A stretch of DNA of 64,000 bases from Octopus sinensis. Taxonomy: Eukaryota. The notes beneath the pieces are model-generated. The model was given only the letters and a program-made list of their open reading frames with translations, was not told where the DNA came from and did not search any database. The stretch's first letter is position 1; every line of letters starts with the position of its first letter. Both the position numbers and the translations under genes were made by a program. This document shows, one piece after another, positions 36,065 to 51,161 of this stretch. The stretch covers positions 51,088,001-51,152,000 of the forward strand of contig NC_042997.1 in NCBI RefSeq assembly GCF_006345805.1. The letters are read 5' to 3'.

Positions 36065-38635
36065 AGGATTTGGAGTGACAAGAAGACGTACAACATGAAT
36101 GCAGACTGGATTATACAAACTGAAGGATCCTACCAAAATTTACAACAACAAGCATGGAAGACATCACAATAGCAGACCTAAGAAAGGCACTCACGAAGGC
36201 CCATAATTGGAAATCCCCCGGTAAAGATAGGGTGCCGAATTTCTGGCTCGCATCGCTCCCATGCGCACACGGTAAGCTAGTTCAGCTGCTCAATGGAATT
36301 ATGAGAGACCCAAAGAAAACACCTGAATGGTTAGCAAGTGGCATTACTTACCTACTCCCAAAAAATAACGAAACCAACCTTCCAAAAAACTATCGGCCTA
36401 TAACCTGTCTATCCACCACGTATAAAATCCTAACATCTATCCTGGCGGAGAAAACATATGCATTCATGGAGAAGAACGATATTTTCCCCATTGAACAAAA
36501 AGGGTGCCGCCGAGGCTCTTACGGATGCAAAGATCAACTGCTAATCAATCGTATGATCCTTGAGAACTGTCACAACAAGCGCAGAAATCTCAGCTCCGCA
36601 TGGATTGACTATAAAAATGCCTTCGACAGTATACCGCATCCATGGATCTTGAGATCGCTGGACATCTTCAAAATTTCCCCTGTGATTTCAAACTTCCTGA
36701 AGCACAATATGTCGTTGTGGAATACGAATCTCCAATTATACCACTCTAATGGAATACTTGCCTCAGAAAATATAAACATCAACTGTGGAATTTTTCAAGG
36801 TGACTCACTTTCACCTTTAATATTCTGCATAGCCCTAATACCCCTTACAAGAGAATTAAACAGAACAGGGTATGGGTATAAAATAGCCAATAAAAAAATA
36901 AGCCATCTATTTTATATGGATGACTTAAAACTCTATGGTAAAGACAATAATGAACTTGAAGGCCTATTGTGCACTGTGAAAGCATTCAGCGATGACATCG
37001 GGATGGAGTTTGGACTTGAGAAGTGTGCCAAGGTCACTTTCCAGAAAGGGAAAGTGAAGACCACAAATTCAGTCGTGTTAGATGTTGACACAGTCATAAG
37101 AGAGCTTGAGCAAGAACAAACATACAAATATTTAGGGATAAATGAAGGCTCTGGTATTCAGCATGCAAGTATGTAAGAGAAAATCAGGAAGGAATGTTAT
37201 AGGAGAGTTCGTGCAGTCCTGAAATCTGAACTAAATGCACGTAACAAGGTGTTAGCTATAAATTCCTTAGCAGTTCCAGTTGTTACTTATAGCTACAATG
37301 TGTTGGACTGGAATATGAGTGAAGTAAAGAATATAGATAGGAAAATACGCAAGCTGCTGAGTTGTAATAGGATGCACCACCCAAAGGCAGACGTAGATCG
37401 CCTTTACCTTCCCAGAGCCCAAGGAGGTCGAGGCCTGATCCAATTTGAACTAGCTTACAAAACAACCATAATTGGACTGGCCAAATATCTCGAAATAACG
37501 AATGACTGGATGCTAAAGCTCGTGGAAAATCACGAGAGACGAAAGAAGCTTCATTCTATCATAAAGGAAAGCAAAAAATTTGCTATTGATCTCGTGCAGG
37601 ATACCCAAACTGAACAACCCGAGGGAAGTACGGCAACTATTGTTGCAAGGAAGGTGAAAATAATGGCAACGAAAAAAGCGCACGAGCAATTGGCTGATAG
37701 GTGGGAGGAGAAACCTCTGCACGGCAAATATGTGGCCCGCAGCAAACAAGCTGATGTTGACCAGAAGCAAACCCATCAGTGGCTACGGAGCTCAGGGCTA
37801 AAAGCAGAGAGCGAAGGTTTCATCATGGCTGCTCAAGATCAAAGCCTATTAACCCGGAACTACCAGGCCAATGTGATGAAAAATGGAGCAGACCCAAAAT
37901 GCTGATTCTGCAACGACATGATTGAAACAGTGGACCACCTAATCTCTGGATGTAAAATCTTAGCACCAGTGGAGTATAAATTAAGATATGACAGAGTTGG
38001 TCAATATCTCCACTGGCTAATAAGTCGGCATTACAATATCAAAACTGCCGACAAGTGGTATAATCACCACCCTGAGGCTGTAACTGAAGGAGAAAATGTA
38101 ACCATTCTGTGGGACTTTCCAGTACATACAGACCGAACCATCAAGGCCAATAAACCAGATATTGTTGTGAAATACCAAAACAATAAAGTTTGCTTATTGA
38201 TCGACATGAGCATCCCCTGTGATCATAATATCTCAGCGAAAGAGTTTGACAAGCTCAGAAAACATAAAGACCTACTCATTGAAATTGAGAAAATGTGGCA
38301 TCTCAAGGCGGTTACAATACCAGTGATCGTAGGAGCACTAGGAATGATCAAGAAGGGAACCGAAAATTATATGAGAATGATCCCTGGCTTACCATCCCTG
38401 CAAGAAGTGCAAAAGATTGTCTTAACTGGTACATCACACGTATTGAGAAGAGCATTGTCGATGTGAGAACTGTTGCTGCTCATGTATTTTAATTTAACTT
38501 AAAAACAAAAAAAAATGAACGAACTATTGAGTTTGGTTTAATGGCCTACCAATGTATACTATGAGTTTCTTTGCCCTAGGAGTCGGGAAGACACTCGGCA
38601 AGAAATGGAAGCAAATTTGAAAGAAGAAAAAAACA

Positions 38636-38637
<2 letters not shown>
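36065..38637 (+). mobile_element. R4/Dong-type retrotransposon family B, 5'-truncated
   Basis: RT (WIDYKNAFDS, GIFQGD, YMDD), CCHC and KPDIVV..IDMSIP REL domain ending GTSHVLRRALSM; two in-frame stops; (TAA)n on both sides. Confidence 0.92.
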
Positions 38638-38692
<55 letters not shown>

Positions 38693-38889
38693 GTTTGTAC
38701 TCTAGGCACAAAGCCTGAAAATGTGCCGAGGGGCAATTAGATCACATCGACCCCAATTCTCCGCAGATTCTCATTTGATCCGAACAAGAATTTGAATTCA
38801 GAAGGTATTGATGTGTGAAATGCAGTTGCAGCTCAGCACTTCGTCCAGCGTCCTAACGATTCTTCCAGCTCACCATCTTAATAATGATG

Positions 38890-38925
<36 letters not shown>

Positions 38926-39005
38926 CAACAATAATAATAATAGCAATAATAATAATATAATAATAATAATAATAATAATAATGATAATAATAATAATAAT
39001 AATAA

Positions 39006-41794
39006 TAGCGAGGTATGAAAATAATAGCGAGGTATGAAAAGCGTGTTAGATTTTTCAAGGACAACAACATGTTCAAAAATAACACCAAGAATTTTTACAG
39101 GAAGATAGGAAAAACAGCGTTTACTGCAGGGTCTGTACCATCAAAAGAAGAAGTGCAGAGATTTTGGAATAAAATCTGGGCAGAAGAAAAAACACACAAC
39201 GAAAAGGCCCCCTGGATTGACAGAATATCTACAGAACTGGACCCCTTAGAAGAGCAAAAGTGGGAGGGTGTCAAGGTAGAAGATATAAGATCTGCTCTCA
39301 GGAGGTCAAGCAAATGGAAGTCTCCAGGAAAGGATAAAATTCCTAACTTCTGGCTGAATGCCTTCCCAGAGAGCCATGAACTGCTAACAGAACTGTACAA
39401 TGATGTTTTGCAACACCCTAGTAGGATGCCTCCTTGGCTAGTTAATGGGTTAACATTCCTGCTTCCAAAAAGTGAAGAAACAAATGAACCAAAAAACTAT
39501 AGACCCATAACCTGCTTAACAACTATGTACAAAACACTAACATCTGTCCTGACGGAATATACCTATAGTTTTTTAACAGACAGCAGCATATTCCCTAATG
39601 AACAGAAAGGATGTAAACGTGGATCCTACGGCTGTAAAGACCAACTACTCATCAATAAGATGATCTTAGAAGATTGTCACAAACGACACAAAAACTTATC
39701 AATAGCCTGGATAGACTATAAAAAGGCTTTTGATAGCCTACCACATAGCTGGATTAGGAAATGCCTGGAAATGTATAAGATAGCACCAACTCTGCGAAAC
39801 TTCTTGACTGTAAGTATGAGATCATGGAGAACCACACTAACTCTGAACAGTGACAGTGAATCCCTAAATGCTGGTGATGTAAAAATTTCGTGTGGCATTT
39901 TCCAGGGTGACTCACTGTCACCACTCCTCTTTTGTTTATCCTTAATACCTCTCTCAAAGCTGCTCAATGACGCGCAGTACGGGTATAAAATGTTTGATAA
40001 AAATATAAATCATCTCGTTTACATGGATGATTTAAAGCTTTTTGCAAAAATGATCAACAACTCAAGGGCTTACTAGCGATAGTCAAACAATTCAGTGACG
40101 ACATCAGAATGCAATTCGGCCTCGATAAATGTGCAAAGGCTACCTTTATCAAAGGAAAAATGACAGAAACATCTAACGTTAACCTTGACCAAAAGAATGT
40201 CATAAAAGAACTAGACCCAGCGGAGAGCTACAAGTACCTAGGGGTAATTGAAGGGAACGGAATAAGGCATTCAGAGATGAAGGAAAGGATCAGGAGAGAA
40301 TGCTATCGAAGGGTGAGAGCAATACTCAAGACAGAGCTGAATGCAAGAAACAGGATCGAAGCAATCAATGCATTAGCTATACCAGTCGTGACTTACAGTT
40401 TCAATATTGTTAACTGGTCAATTACTGAAATATGTCAGCTCGACAGAAAAATAAGGAAACTGTTGACAATGCATAGAATGCACCACGCTAAGGCAGATAC
40501 AGAACGACTCTATCTGCCAAGAAAAGAGGGAGGCCGTGGTCTTTTGCAACTGGCAATAACAATGAAGATTGCTACAATTGGCCTAGATACCTACCTGAAA
40601 AACTCTGAGGACTGGATGTTAAAACTTGTCTCAAAACATGAAAACAAGAAAGCATCATACTCAGTCACAAAACAGGCAAAGGAATATCTAAGTGAATTCC
40701 GAATACAACAAATTTCGGAATTAGAGATAGACATACAAGAAACAAGCACAGAAAAAGCTAGGCGCATGAAAACCCGTGCCAAAACTGCGGCCTTAGATAT
40801 TCTGAATAATAAATGGCAAGAAAAACCTCTCTATGGCAAATACCCAAAGAGAGCGAATAATGCAGATATCGACAAAGCCCTGACCCATCAATGGCTAATG
40901 GCCTCTGGCTTAAAATCTGAAACAGAGGGGTTTATCATAGCAGCTCAAGATCAATGCCTACCAACAAGAAACTACCAGGCCAACATATTAAAGATCAGAA
41001 GCAGTCCAACGTGTCGTGTATGCAAGCAACAAAATGAAACCATTGACCATGTGGTCTCCAAGTGCAGTCTTCTAGCGCCTACAGAGTATCTCAACAGGCA
41101 CGATAGAGCTGCACAATATATTCACTGGGTAATCTGTAAAAACCTGGATTTGCCCCATGAAAAAAACTGGTGGGAACACAAACCACCCCCAGTGCTTGAA
41201 AATGACCACATCTCACTCCTCTGGAACTTCACCATTCAAACTGACAGGAAGATAGATGCAAATAGGCCAGACATCATATTGAAAGACTTCAAACAAAGAA
41301 CATGCCTCCTCATTGATATGACTGTCCCAATCGATATAAACGTATCTGTCAGGACCTACCAAAAACTGAGCAAATATAAAGATCTTGAAATAGAAATCAG
41401 CAAAATGTGGAAGCTGAAGACTAAAACAATACCTGTTGTCATAGGTGCCCTGGGAATGATAGCAAAAGGGGCTGATAGCTACCTAACTCAGATACCAGGA
41501 AACCCCAAAATGGCAGAAGTTCAAAAGATAGTGCTCATGGGAACTGCTCATATCCTACGCAAAATACTCTCTATGTAACCTCAAGGTTTAAAACAACCAT
41601 AATTTTCGGTTTAAAAAAAAAAAAAAAAAAAACTTTTTTTTTTAGACATTCATTAGTACAACATCCCCACCCCCCAAATATATGGCACACTAGGCATAAC
41701 AACAACATGAACTTCCAACCCTGTTGTCTCTTGAGGTCTCTGGGTGAGACTTGGAGCCAACTTGTACAAATATAAAGCAAAAGTCAAACATAGA
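39006..41794 (+). mobile_element. R4/Dong-type family C, 5'-truncated
   Basis: RT plus REL ORFs 39015-40076 and 40109-41578; the single frameshift is an A6-to-A5 change at ~40050; (TAA)n on both sides. Confidence 0.93.
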
Positions 41795-41865
41795 ATAATA
41801 ATAATAATAATAATGATAATAATAATAACAACAATAATAATAATAGCAATAATAATAATAATAAC

Positions 41866-41897
<32 letters not shown>

Positions 41898-41928
41898 TAA
41901 TAATAATAACAACAATAATAATAATAGC

Positions 41929-41959
<31 letters not shown>

Positions 41960-42018
41960 ATAATAATAATAATAATAATAATGATGATGATAATAATAAT
42001 AATAATAATATAATAATA

Positions 42019-42068
<50 letters not shown>

Positions 42069-42096
42069 TAATATTGATAACGATAATGATAATGAT

Positions 42097-42131
<35 letters not shown>

Positions 42132-42234
42132 AAAAAATAATAATAATAGTAACAACAATAATAATAATATTAATAATAATAATAATAATAATGACAATGA
42201 TAAGAATAATGATAATAATAACAATAATAATAAT

Positions 42235-45200
42235 TAGCTAGTCTTAAGAAGCTGCGCTATAAGCAATGCTTACATGTAGAGAACCCTAAACTGACAGATC
42301 CATCTCCTAATATAAGAATGGATGCTCGTCATGCTTCAAGGTCAACAAATCAAACAATAAACCGCATTGGTCGTTGCGCTGATTACAAAAGACCACGTAC
42401 CCGAAAATTGAACCAAATTCTGATTGAAAAATCAGCTACTGGATCAAATATTCCCAACACACAGGAGCTGGACGTACCCCACAACCGGAATATTCCAACA
42501 GATGGCCATCCATGCTCGTCACCAAATAGTCAAAACAAAAAGAAGGAGAAATGGTCTAGGGAAGATAATAAAGAAGTTCTTGAGGCCTTCTACCATGCCA
42601 TATATTTCCCCACAGATAAATCTAGCACTGTACAAGCATACTTAAACTGGAGACAGAAACACCCTGAAGTAAGACCCTACATAGACAGTAACAACTTGCC
42701 AACGTCAGAAGAAACATTATAAAAAAAAAAGATACTGACTGAAGTAGAGATTGATCAAGTTAGACAAGCAATATCGGATAAAATGAACGAAGCTGCAGCT
42801 AGAGAAGATAATACAGAGGAAATAATTTTAGACCAGCCCAGGGCTGATAAAAACGAAGTGAGGATTGAAAGAGTTAGTATAAGTGATAGGCAAAGTGAAA
42901 TACTCCCTGAACCAATCATAAACACTAAGACAGATGAACATCAAATAGATAAAGAAAGTCACACAAATATTGACCCAACAGAACTGCATGAGCTAAAAAA
43001 TCAAATCATGATTGATTGGCTGAAAATTAAAGAAACCAGCATGGATGAACGTGATACACTTCCTAAAATCCGCAACTCTAACCAAAACATGAAAATAATT
43101 GGTAAAGTCCGGCTTGCACTTAAGGATATAATTTCAGCTAATGATGTTGATATCACAAACCTCAACCACCTATACTATGCATCCGCGAAAATCTCAACGA
43201 TCCTATGTGGTGTAAAGATTAGAAAACGGCAACATTCCCACAAAAGGCCTTCTTGGCAAGAGCGTCTGCAACAACAAATTAAAATATTTAGATCTGACAT
43301 TGAATATTTGAAAAATCTTAAGGCTCACAAGACTACCAAACCTACAAAAACCCCAAAATTACTGAAAAAATACAATATGAAAACTATACTTGATATTGAT
43401 GCCACCATAGAAACCATCAAACAAAAGGTATCTGCCAAAGCTGCCCGCATAGCGAGGTATGAAAAGCGTGTTAGATTTTTCAAGGACAACAACATGTTCA
43501 AAAATAACACCAAGAATTTTTACAGGAAGATAGGAAAAACAGCGTTTACTGCAAGGTCTGTACCATCAAAAGAAGAAGTGCAGGGATTTTGGAATAAAAT
43601 CTGGCAGAAGAAAAAACACACAACGAAAAGGCCCCCTGGATTGACAGAATATCTACAGAACTGGACCCCTTAGAAGAGCAAAAGTGGGAGGGTGTCAAGG
43701 TAGAAGATATAAGATCTGCTCTCAGGAGGTCAAGCAAATGGAAGTCTCCAGGAAGGATAAAATTCCTAACTTCTGGCTGAATGCCTTCCCAGAGAGCCAT
43801 GAACTGCTAACAGAACAGTACAATGATGTTTTGCAACACCCTAGTAGGATGCCTCCTTGGCTAGTTAATGGGTTAACATTCCTGCTTCCAAAAAGTGAAG
43901 AAACAAATGAACCAAAAAACTATAGACCCATAATCTGCTTAACAACTATGTACAAAACACTAACATCTGTCCTGACGGAATATACCTATAGTTTTTTCAC
44001 AGACAGCAGCATATTCCCTAATGAACAGAAAGGATGTAAACGTGGATCCTACGGCAGTAAAGACCAACTACTCATCAATAAGATGATCTTAGAAGATTGT
44101 CACAAACGACACAAAAACTTATCAATAGCCTGGATAGACTATAAAAAGGCTTTTGATAGCCTACCACATAGCTGGATTAGGAAATGCCTGGAAATGTATA
44201 AGATAGCACCAACTCTGCGAAACTTCTTGACTGTAAGTATGAGATCATGGAGAACCACACTAACTCTGAACAGTGACAGTGAATCCCTAAATGCTGGTGA
44301 TGTAAAAATTTCGTGTGGCATTTTCCAGGGTGACTCACTGTCACCACTCCTCTTTTGTTTATCCTTAATACCTCTCTCAAAGCTGCTCAATGATGCGCAG
44401 TACGGGTATAAAATGTTTGATAAAAATATAAATCATCTCATTTACATGGATGATTTAAAGCTTTTTGCAAAAAATGACCAACAACTCAAGGGCTTACTAG
44501 CGATAGTCAAACAATTCAGTGACGACATCAGAATGCAATTCGGCCTCGATAAATGTGCAAAAGCTACCTTTATCAAAGGAAAAATGACAGAAACATCTAA
44601 CGTTAACCTTTACCAGCAGAATGTCATAAAAGAACTAGACCCAGCGGAGAGCTACAAGTACCTAGGGGTAATTGAAGGGAACGGAATAAGGCTTTCAGAG
44701 ATGAAGGAAAGGATCAGGAGAGAATGCTATCGAAGAGTGAGAGCAATACTCAAGACAGAGCTGAATGCAAGAAACAGGATCGAAGCGATCAATGCATTAG
44801 CCATACCAGTCGTGACTTACAGTTTCAATATTGTTAACTGGTCAATTACTGAAATATGTCAGCTGGACAGAAAAATAAGAAAACTGTTGACAATGCATAG
44901 AATGCACCACCCTAAGGCAGATACAGAACGACTCTATCTGCCAAGAAAAGAGGGAGGCCGTGGTCTTTTGCAACTGGCAATAACAATGAAGATTGCTACA
45001 ATTGGCCTAGACACCTACCTGAAAAACTCTGAGGACTGGATGTTAAAACTTGTCTCAAAACATGAAAACAAGAAAGCATCATACTCAGTCACAAAACAGG
45101 CAAAGGAATATCTAAGTGAATTCCGAATACAACAAATTTCGGAATTAGAGATAGACATACAAGAAACAAGCACAGAAAAAGCTAGGCGCATGAAAACCCG

Positions 45201-46197
45201 TGCCAAAACTGCGGCCTTAGATATTCTGAATAATAAATGGCAAGAAAAACCTCTCTATGGCAAATACCCAAAGAGAGCGAATAATGCAGATATCGACAAA
45301 GCCCTGACCCATCAATGGCTAATGGCCTCTGGCTTAAAATCTGAAACAGAGGGGTTTATCATAGCAGCTCAAGATCAATGCCTACCAACAAGAAACTACC
45401 AGGCCAACATATTAAAGAACGGCAGTAGCCCAACATGTCGTGTATGCCGACAACAAAATGAAACCATTGACCATGTGGTCTCCAAGTGCAGTCTTCTAGC
45501 GCCTACAGAGTACCTCAATAGGCATGATAGAGATGCACAATATATTAGTTGGGTAATTTGCAAAAACATGGATTTGCCACATGAAAAAAACTGGTGGGAA
45601 CACAATCCACCTCCAGTGCTTGAAAATGACCACATCTCACTCCTCTGGAACTTCACCATTCAAACTGACAGGAAGATAGATGCAAATAGGCCAGACATCA
45701 TATTGAAAGACTTCAGACAAAGAACATGCCTCCTCATTGATATGACTGTCCCAATCGATATAAACGTATCTGTCAAGACCTACCAAAAACTGGGCAAATA
45801 TAAAGATCTTGAAATAGAAATCAGCAAAATGTGGAAGCTGAAGACTAAAACAATACCTGTTGTCATAGGTGCCCTGGGAATGATAGCGAAAGGGACTGAT
45901 TGCTACCTAACTCAGATACCAGGAAACCCCAAAATGGCAGAAATTCAAAAGATAGTGCTCATGGGAACTGCTCATATCCTACGCAAAATACTCTCTATGT
46001 AATCCCAAGGTTTAAAACAAACTTTTTTTTCTTTTTTTTTTAAATTCTTATTTTTATGTATTAGACATTCACTAGTACAACACCAAAAAAAAACCCCCAA
46101 ATATATGGCACAGAACTTCCAACCTGTTATCTCTTGAGGTCTCTGGGTGAGACTTGGAGCCAACTTGTACAGACATAAAGCAAAAGTCAAACATAGA
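42235..46197 (+). mobile_element. R4/Dong-type family C, near full length
   Basis: ORF from ATG 42318 (KKEKWSREDN motif) through RT, CCHC and REL to the stop at 46002; only four 1-bp homopolymer indels relative to the sister copies. Confidence 0.94.
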
Positions 46198-46220
46198 ATA
46201 ATAATAATAATAATAACAAC

Positions 46221-46264
<44 letters not shown>

Positions 46265-46285
46265 TAATAATATCAATAATATTAA

Positions 46286-46326
<41 letters not shown>

Positions 46327-46402
46327 TAATAATAATAATAATAATAATATTAATTTTAATACAAATAATAATAATAATAATAATAACAATAATAACAACA
46401 GC

Positions 46403-46468
<66 letters not shown>

Positions 46469-46504
46469 TATGATAATGATAATGATAACGATAATGATAA
46501 TGAT

Positions 46505-46545
<41 letters not shown>

Positions 46546-46560
46546 TAATACTACTAATAA

Positions 46561-46975
46561 TCTCTTATTATAAAAGGCAGATTTTATCTGCCTCCCTTTG
46601 GGAGTTATACAAATCTACAATATAGGATTTCTTCAATTACAATTTACCTAGCATTTTTAAGAGTACAATGCATCGCGTCATGCCAGGTCCAGTTTTTAAA
46701 ATTTAAACTCCAATTAAGCAAAATTTACAGAAAACTCACATTCTGGTGTGTGTGTGAAATGCTTTTCTTAGTCTGGTTTACACCACACGCAAACGCACAC
46801 ACACAGTGGGCAACGAATAAAATGAAAGTAAATAGCGACAGAGTGATTTGAGGAAGACTAAAGTGAAAGTATTCTGTCTATGACGCTGATAGATACATGA
46901 GTAAAATGTATGGGAAGCTAAGAGCTAAGAGTGAGTGAAAATGTTCTTGGAAGAGAGTAATTAGTAATAAAGTAA
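46561..46975 (+). mobile_element. Helitron 5' fragment
   Basis: A|TCTCTTATTATAAAAG start; contains agagtgagtgaaaatgttct also found at ~33483; no 3' CTAG end found. Confidence 0.5.
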
Positions 46976-46995
46976 ACATACATACATACATACAT

Positions 46996-47026
<31 letters not shown>

Positions 47027-47249
47027 TACACACATACATACATACACACACATACATACACACATACATACATACATACATATACATACATACATACATA
47101 TACATACACACATACACACACACACATACACACACACACACAGTATTGAAGCTTGAGAACAATCAGATACATTTGCAACACATATGTTGAAAATATTATT
47201 GTTCACACACATACATATACATATATACATACAGACAGACAGACAGATA

Positions 47250-47285
<36 letters not shown>

Positions 47286-47317
47286 ATCCAGCATGGCCAC
47301 AACCTCAAGGCTGAAAC

Positions 47318-47700
47318 ATATAAAACAATAACAGAATATAAATGTGTGCAAAGTACAAGAAATATTAATGCAGTATATGGGGATTGGACAATAAGCGTAA
47401 GGCAGTGTCAATGGTGGTTCCAGAAATCCCGAGCCATCAACTACAGCCTAGAAGACGAGCCTCATCCTGAAAGATCTGTAGAACTCGACAAGGACATCCT
47501 GAAAACCCTGGTGGAACAAAATATCATCGTAACTGTTGAGGAACTAGCAGAGAAGCTTGGATTTGGTCATTCAACCATTCATTGACACCTGTGTGCTATC
47601 GGAAAAGTCAGCAAATTGGGTCAATGGGTTCCTCACGAACTTTCCGAGTCTAATTGCATGCAGAGAGTGAATGTATGCTTTTCTTTGCTGTCATATCTCA
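47318..47700 (+). mobile_element. mariner transposase N-terminal relic
   Basis: ISVRQCQWWFQK...SLEDEPH...TVEELAEKLG...WVPHEL. Confidence 0.85.
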
Positions 47701-47720
47701 CCATGACTGCGCTATGTATA

Positions 47721-48355
47721 TCTATATATATAAAACTGTAGTTGTGTGAGTGTCTGTCCCCTTCGATTTAGATTCCTAACTACTCCCACATTTTGCGGTA
47801 CAGTTTAACCAAATTCGGGTAGCTTATAGTCGTGATTCATATCGAGCCCGTCTGAATATTAGCGCGCGTCTACGATGAGTCTACGATTTTAAAAATAATT
47901 TAACATCATTTTTTATTCCATTTTAATGCATAATTTTTCGTGTGTCGATGGCGGCGGAGTTGGCGTCCACGCTCACACCTGCACCTGTGGGGAAGGGAGT
48001 GTAAGGAAATCAACGTCGTAATGCGTTGTCAAGGAGACCAGTGTTCTTTTAGAACAACGACTTCATGGCTTGAAGACACCAAAACAGAAATGGCTAAGAA
48101 AGCGTCTACATGAGTCTACGATTTAAAAAAAATTACCATCGTTTTTTTTCCATTTTTAATGCTTTTTTCGCTATTATATAAGGGAAGTAACTCTCTAAAA
48201 ATGTCTACGATGAGTCAACGATTTAAAAAAAAATTTACCATCATATTTTTTCCATTTTTAATGCATTTTTTGCTATTTTTTGGCTATAACTCTCTAAAAA
48301 TGCTTATATAGTTATTTCCCTTACAAACCCGAGCAACGCCGGGCGATACTGCTAG
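47721..48355 (+). mobile_element. Non-autonomous Helitron (longer relative of 17151-17451)
   Basis: A|TC, same 3' hairpin, CTAG|T; internal repeats of gtctacgatgagtc. Confidence 0.88.
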
Positions 48356-48371
48356 TAATAATAATAAAAGA

Positions 48372-51051
48372 TTTACCTGAGATAAAAGAAAAGCTGAAGC
48401 AAGATATCCTTGCCAAAGCACAAAGGATCCGCCGGTACGAGAAACGCCAGCGCTTCTTTGAACAAAACAAAAAGTTCAACTCCAACCCCAAAAAGTTCTA
48501 CCAAGAACTTGGCAAAAATAAAAATAAAATAGAAATCACTACAGTACCAACGGCAGAAGAAGTGGAAGAATTCTGGAGAGAAATATGGTCGGCGAACGAA
48601 CAACAAAAAAAAAAGAAGTATCGAAACAACAAACTCAGCATCTGAGCAACTTTGGACTCCTATAACAACTGAAGAGGTCACCCAGGCACTGCAAAGACTA
48701 AGCAACTGGAAGGCACCTGGGCAACTTCTGGTTGAAATATCTAACAGGAATGCACAAAAAGCTGGCTGAAAACTTTAACAGCATGCTAGCAGAGCCAGAG
48801 ACAATGCCTGAATGGCTCACGAAGGGGAAAACCATCTTAATTCCCAAATCAAATGAGACAGCAAAACCAGAAAACTACAGACCAATAACCTGTCTCCCTA
48901 CAATATACAAGGCACTTACTGCAGTGTTATCGCAAAGGTTGAACAAGCACCTGGACGAAAACAACCTGTTTCCAGAAGATCAGAAAGGATGCCGCAAGGG
49001 CTCATATGGCTGTAAAGATCAACTAATGATTAATAAAGCCATAACTGAAGACAGCCACAGAAAGAAGAAAGGCCTCAGTATGGCCTGGATTGACTACAAA
49101 AAGGCGTTTGATAGCATCCCCCACACATGGATCCTCGAAACACTAGCCATTAACAAAGTAGCACCAACCCTTATAAAATTCATAGGGCACTCTATGAATA
49201 AATGGCAAACCGTGCTACAGCTCCAAACAAAAGAGGGACTCATGAAAACCAAAGCCATCCCCATTAGAAGAGGAATATTCAAGGGAGACACTCTCTCTCC
49301 ACTCCTTTTCTGCTTGGCACTGTCACCTCTATCTGATATGCTAACTAGAACTGGATGCGGATATAAATATTACGGCAAAGCGATCAGCCATCTTTTATAT
49401 ATGGATGACCTAAAACTATACGCTGCAAATGACAAACAGCTGGAAACACTATTAAAGACAGTTCATGGATTTACCAAAGAAATAGAAATGAAATTTGGAT
49501 TAGAAAAATGCGCCAAAGTAACCATGAAAAGAGGAAAACTAGTTAAGAGTAGTAACATCACACTAGATAAAACCAATGAAATAAAAGAATTAGACCAATG
49601 CCAAACTTACAAATACTTAGGAATCCATGAACTAGATAAGACACAACACACACAAATGAAAGAGAAAATAAAAAAAGAATATTATAGACGAGTTAGATCA
49701 ATACTAAACACAGAGCACAATGCTAAAAACAAGATAATAGGTATCAACACTTTAGCTGTCCCAGTTATAAGTTACAGCTACAATATCCTTAACTGGACAC
49801 TAAATGAACTGACCAAAATAGATAGGAAAACAAGAAAAATAATGACGGTCTAGGATGCATCACCCAAATCTGACATAGAAAGACTATATATACAACGTAT
49901 AGAAGGTGGTAGAGGCCTTATACAGCTGGAAAACTACTATAAAATAACCACCATAGGACTGCAAAAATATCTACTTCAGAAGGAAGGAAAACTGATACAA
50001 ATAGCGGCAAAACACGAGCAAAACAAAAAACTGTTCTCAGTATTTAAGGAAGCTGACAAATACAAACAAGAAATCATACCACCTAATAAACATGAAGAAG
50101 AAGAAGAAGATGAAGAAACAACAAAAGCTATAAAACAAATGAAATCCAAACTAAAAACAGAACAGCAACGAATCATGATAAAACGATGGCAAGAAAAGCC
50201 CCTTCATGGTAAATACTGGACTAAACTAAACGCAAAAGAAATAGACAAAGAAAAATCCCAGAAATGGTTGAGAAGCTCAGGACTCAAAGCAGTGACAGAG
50301 GGATTTTTAATTGCAGCACAAGACCAAAGCCTCCCCACCAGAAATTACCAAAAACATGTAATGAAAAGAAATATAACAAGTAACTGCAGAATATGTGGAG
50401 ATGGACAAGAAACAATAAATCATATTATCTCTAGCTGCCCAGTCCTAGCTAAGAAGGAATATATTCACAGACATGACAAAGTTGGAACCTACATACACTG
50501 GAAGCTATGCCAACATTATGGAATAACAACAGAAAAAAGATGGTATAGGCACACACCAGAAAAGGTCACAGAAAACGAGAAAGCAACCATACTCTGGGAT
50601 ATGCCGATACACACAGATAGAGAAATTAAGGCCAACAGACCAGATATTGTTGTCAGAGATCATGAAGAAGAAAAATGCTTTCTAATTGATGTATCAATAC
50701 CGGCAGATGACAGCGTGTCTCTAAAAGAAATGGAGAAACTTTCAAAATACAAAGACCTGGAAATAGAGGTAACCAGAATGTGGAATCTAAAAACAGAAAC
50801 AATTCCTATCATAGTAGGTGCATTAGGCATGATAAAAAAATATTCAGACAAATACATAACAAAAACACCAGGACTTACAAACACATATAACATACAGAAA
50901 ATTGCACTACTAGGCACTGCACACATCCTACGCAGAACACTTTCCATACAATAGCCATCAGAGCATCACAACAAATCATAGCACATACCGAAGCCACACA
51001 GAGCTGTGCTCGGTAGTGAAGTGAAAGCACGCTATAAAAATAAAACTACTG
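48372..51051 (+). mobile_element. R4/Dong-type family A, 5'-truncated
   Basis: Highly similar to the reverse complement of 5864-8570; RT, CCHC, REL; (TAA)n tail. Confidence 0.93.
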
Positions 51052-51055
51052 AATG

Positions 51056-51100
<45 letters not shown>

Positions 51101-51161
51101 TAATAATAATAATAATAATAATAATGATAATAATAATAATGATAATAATAATAATAATAAT

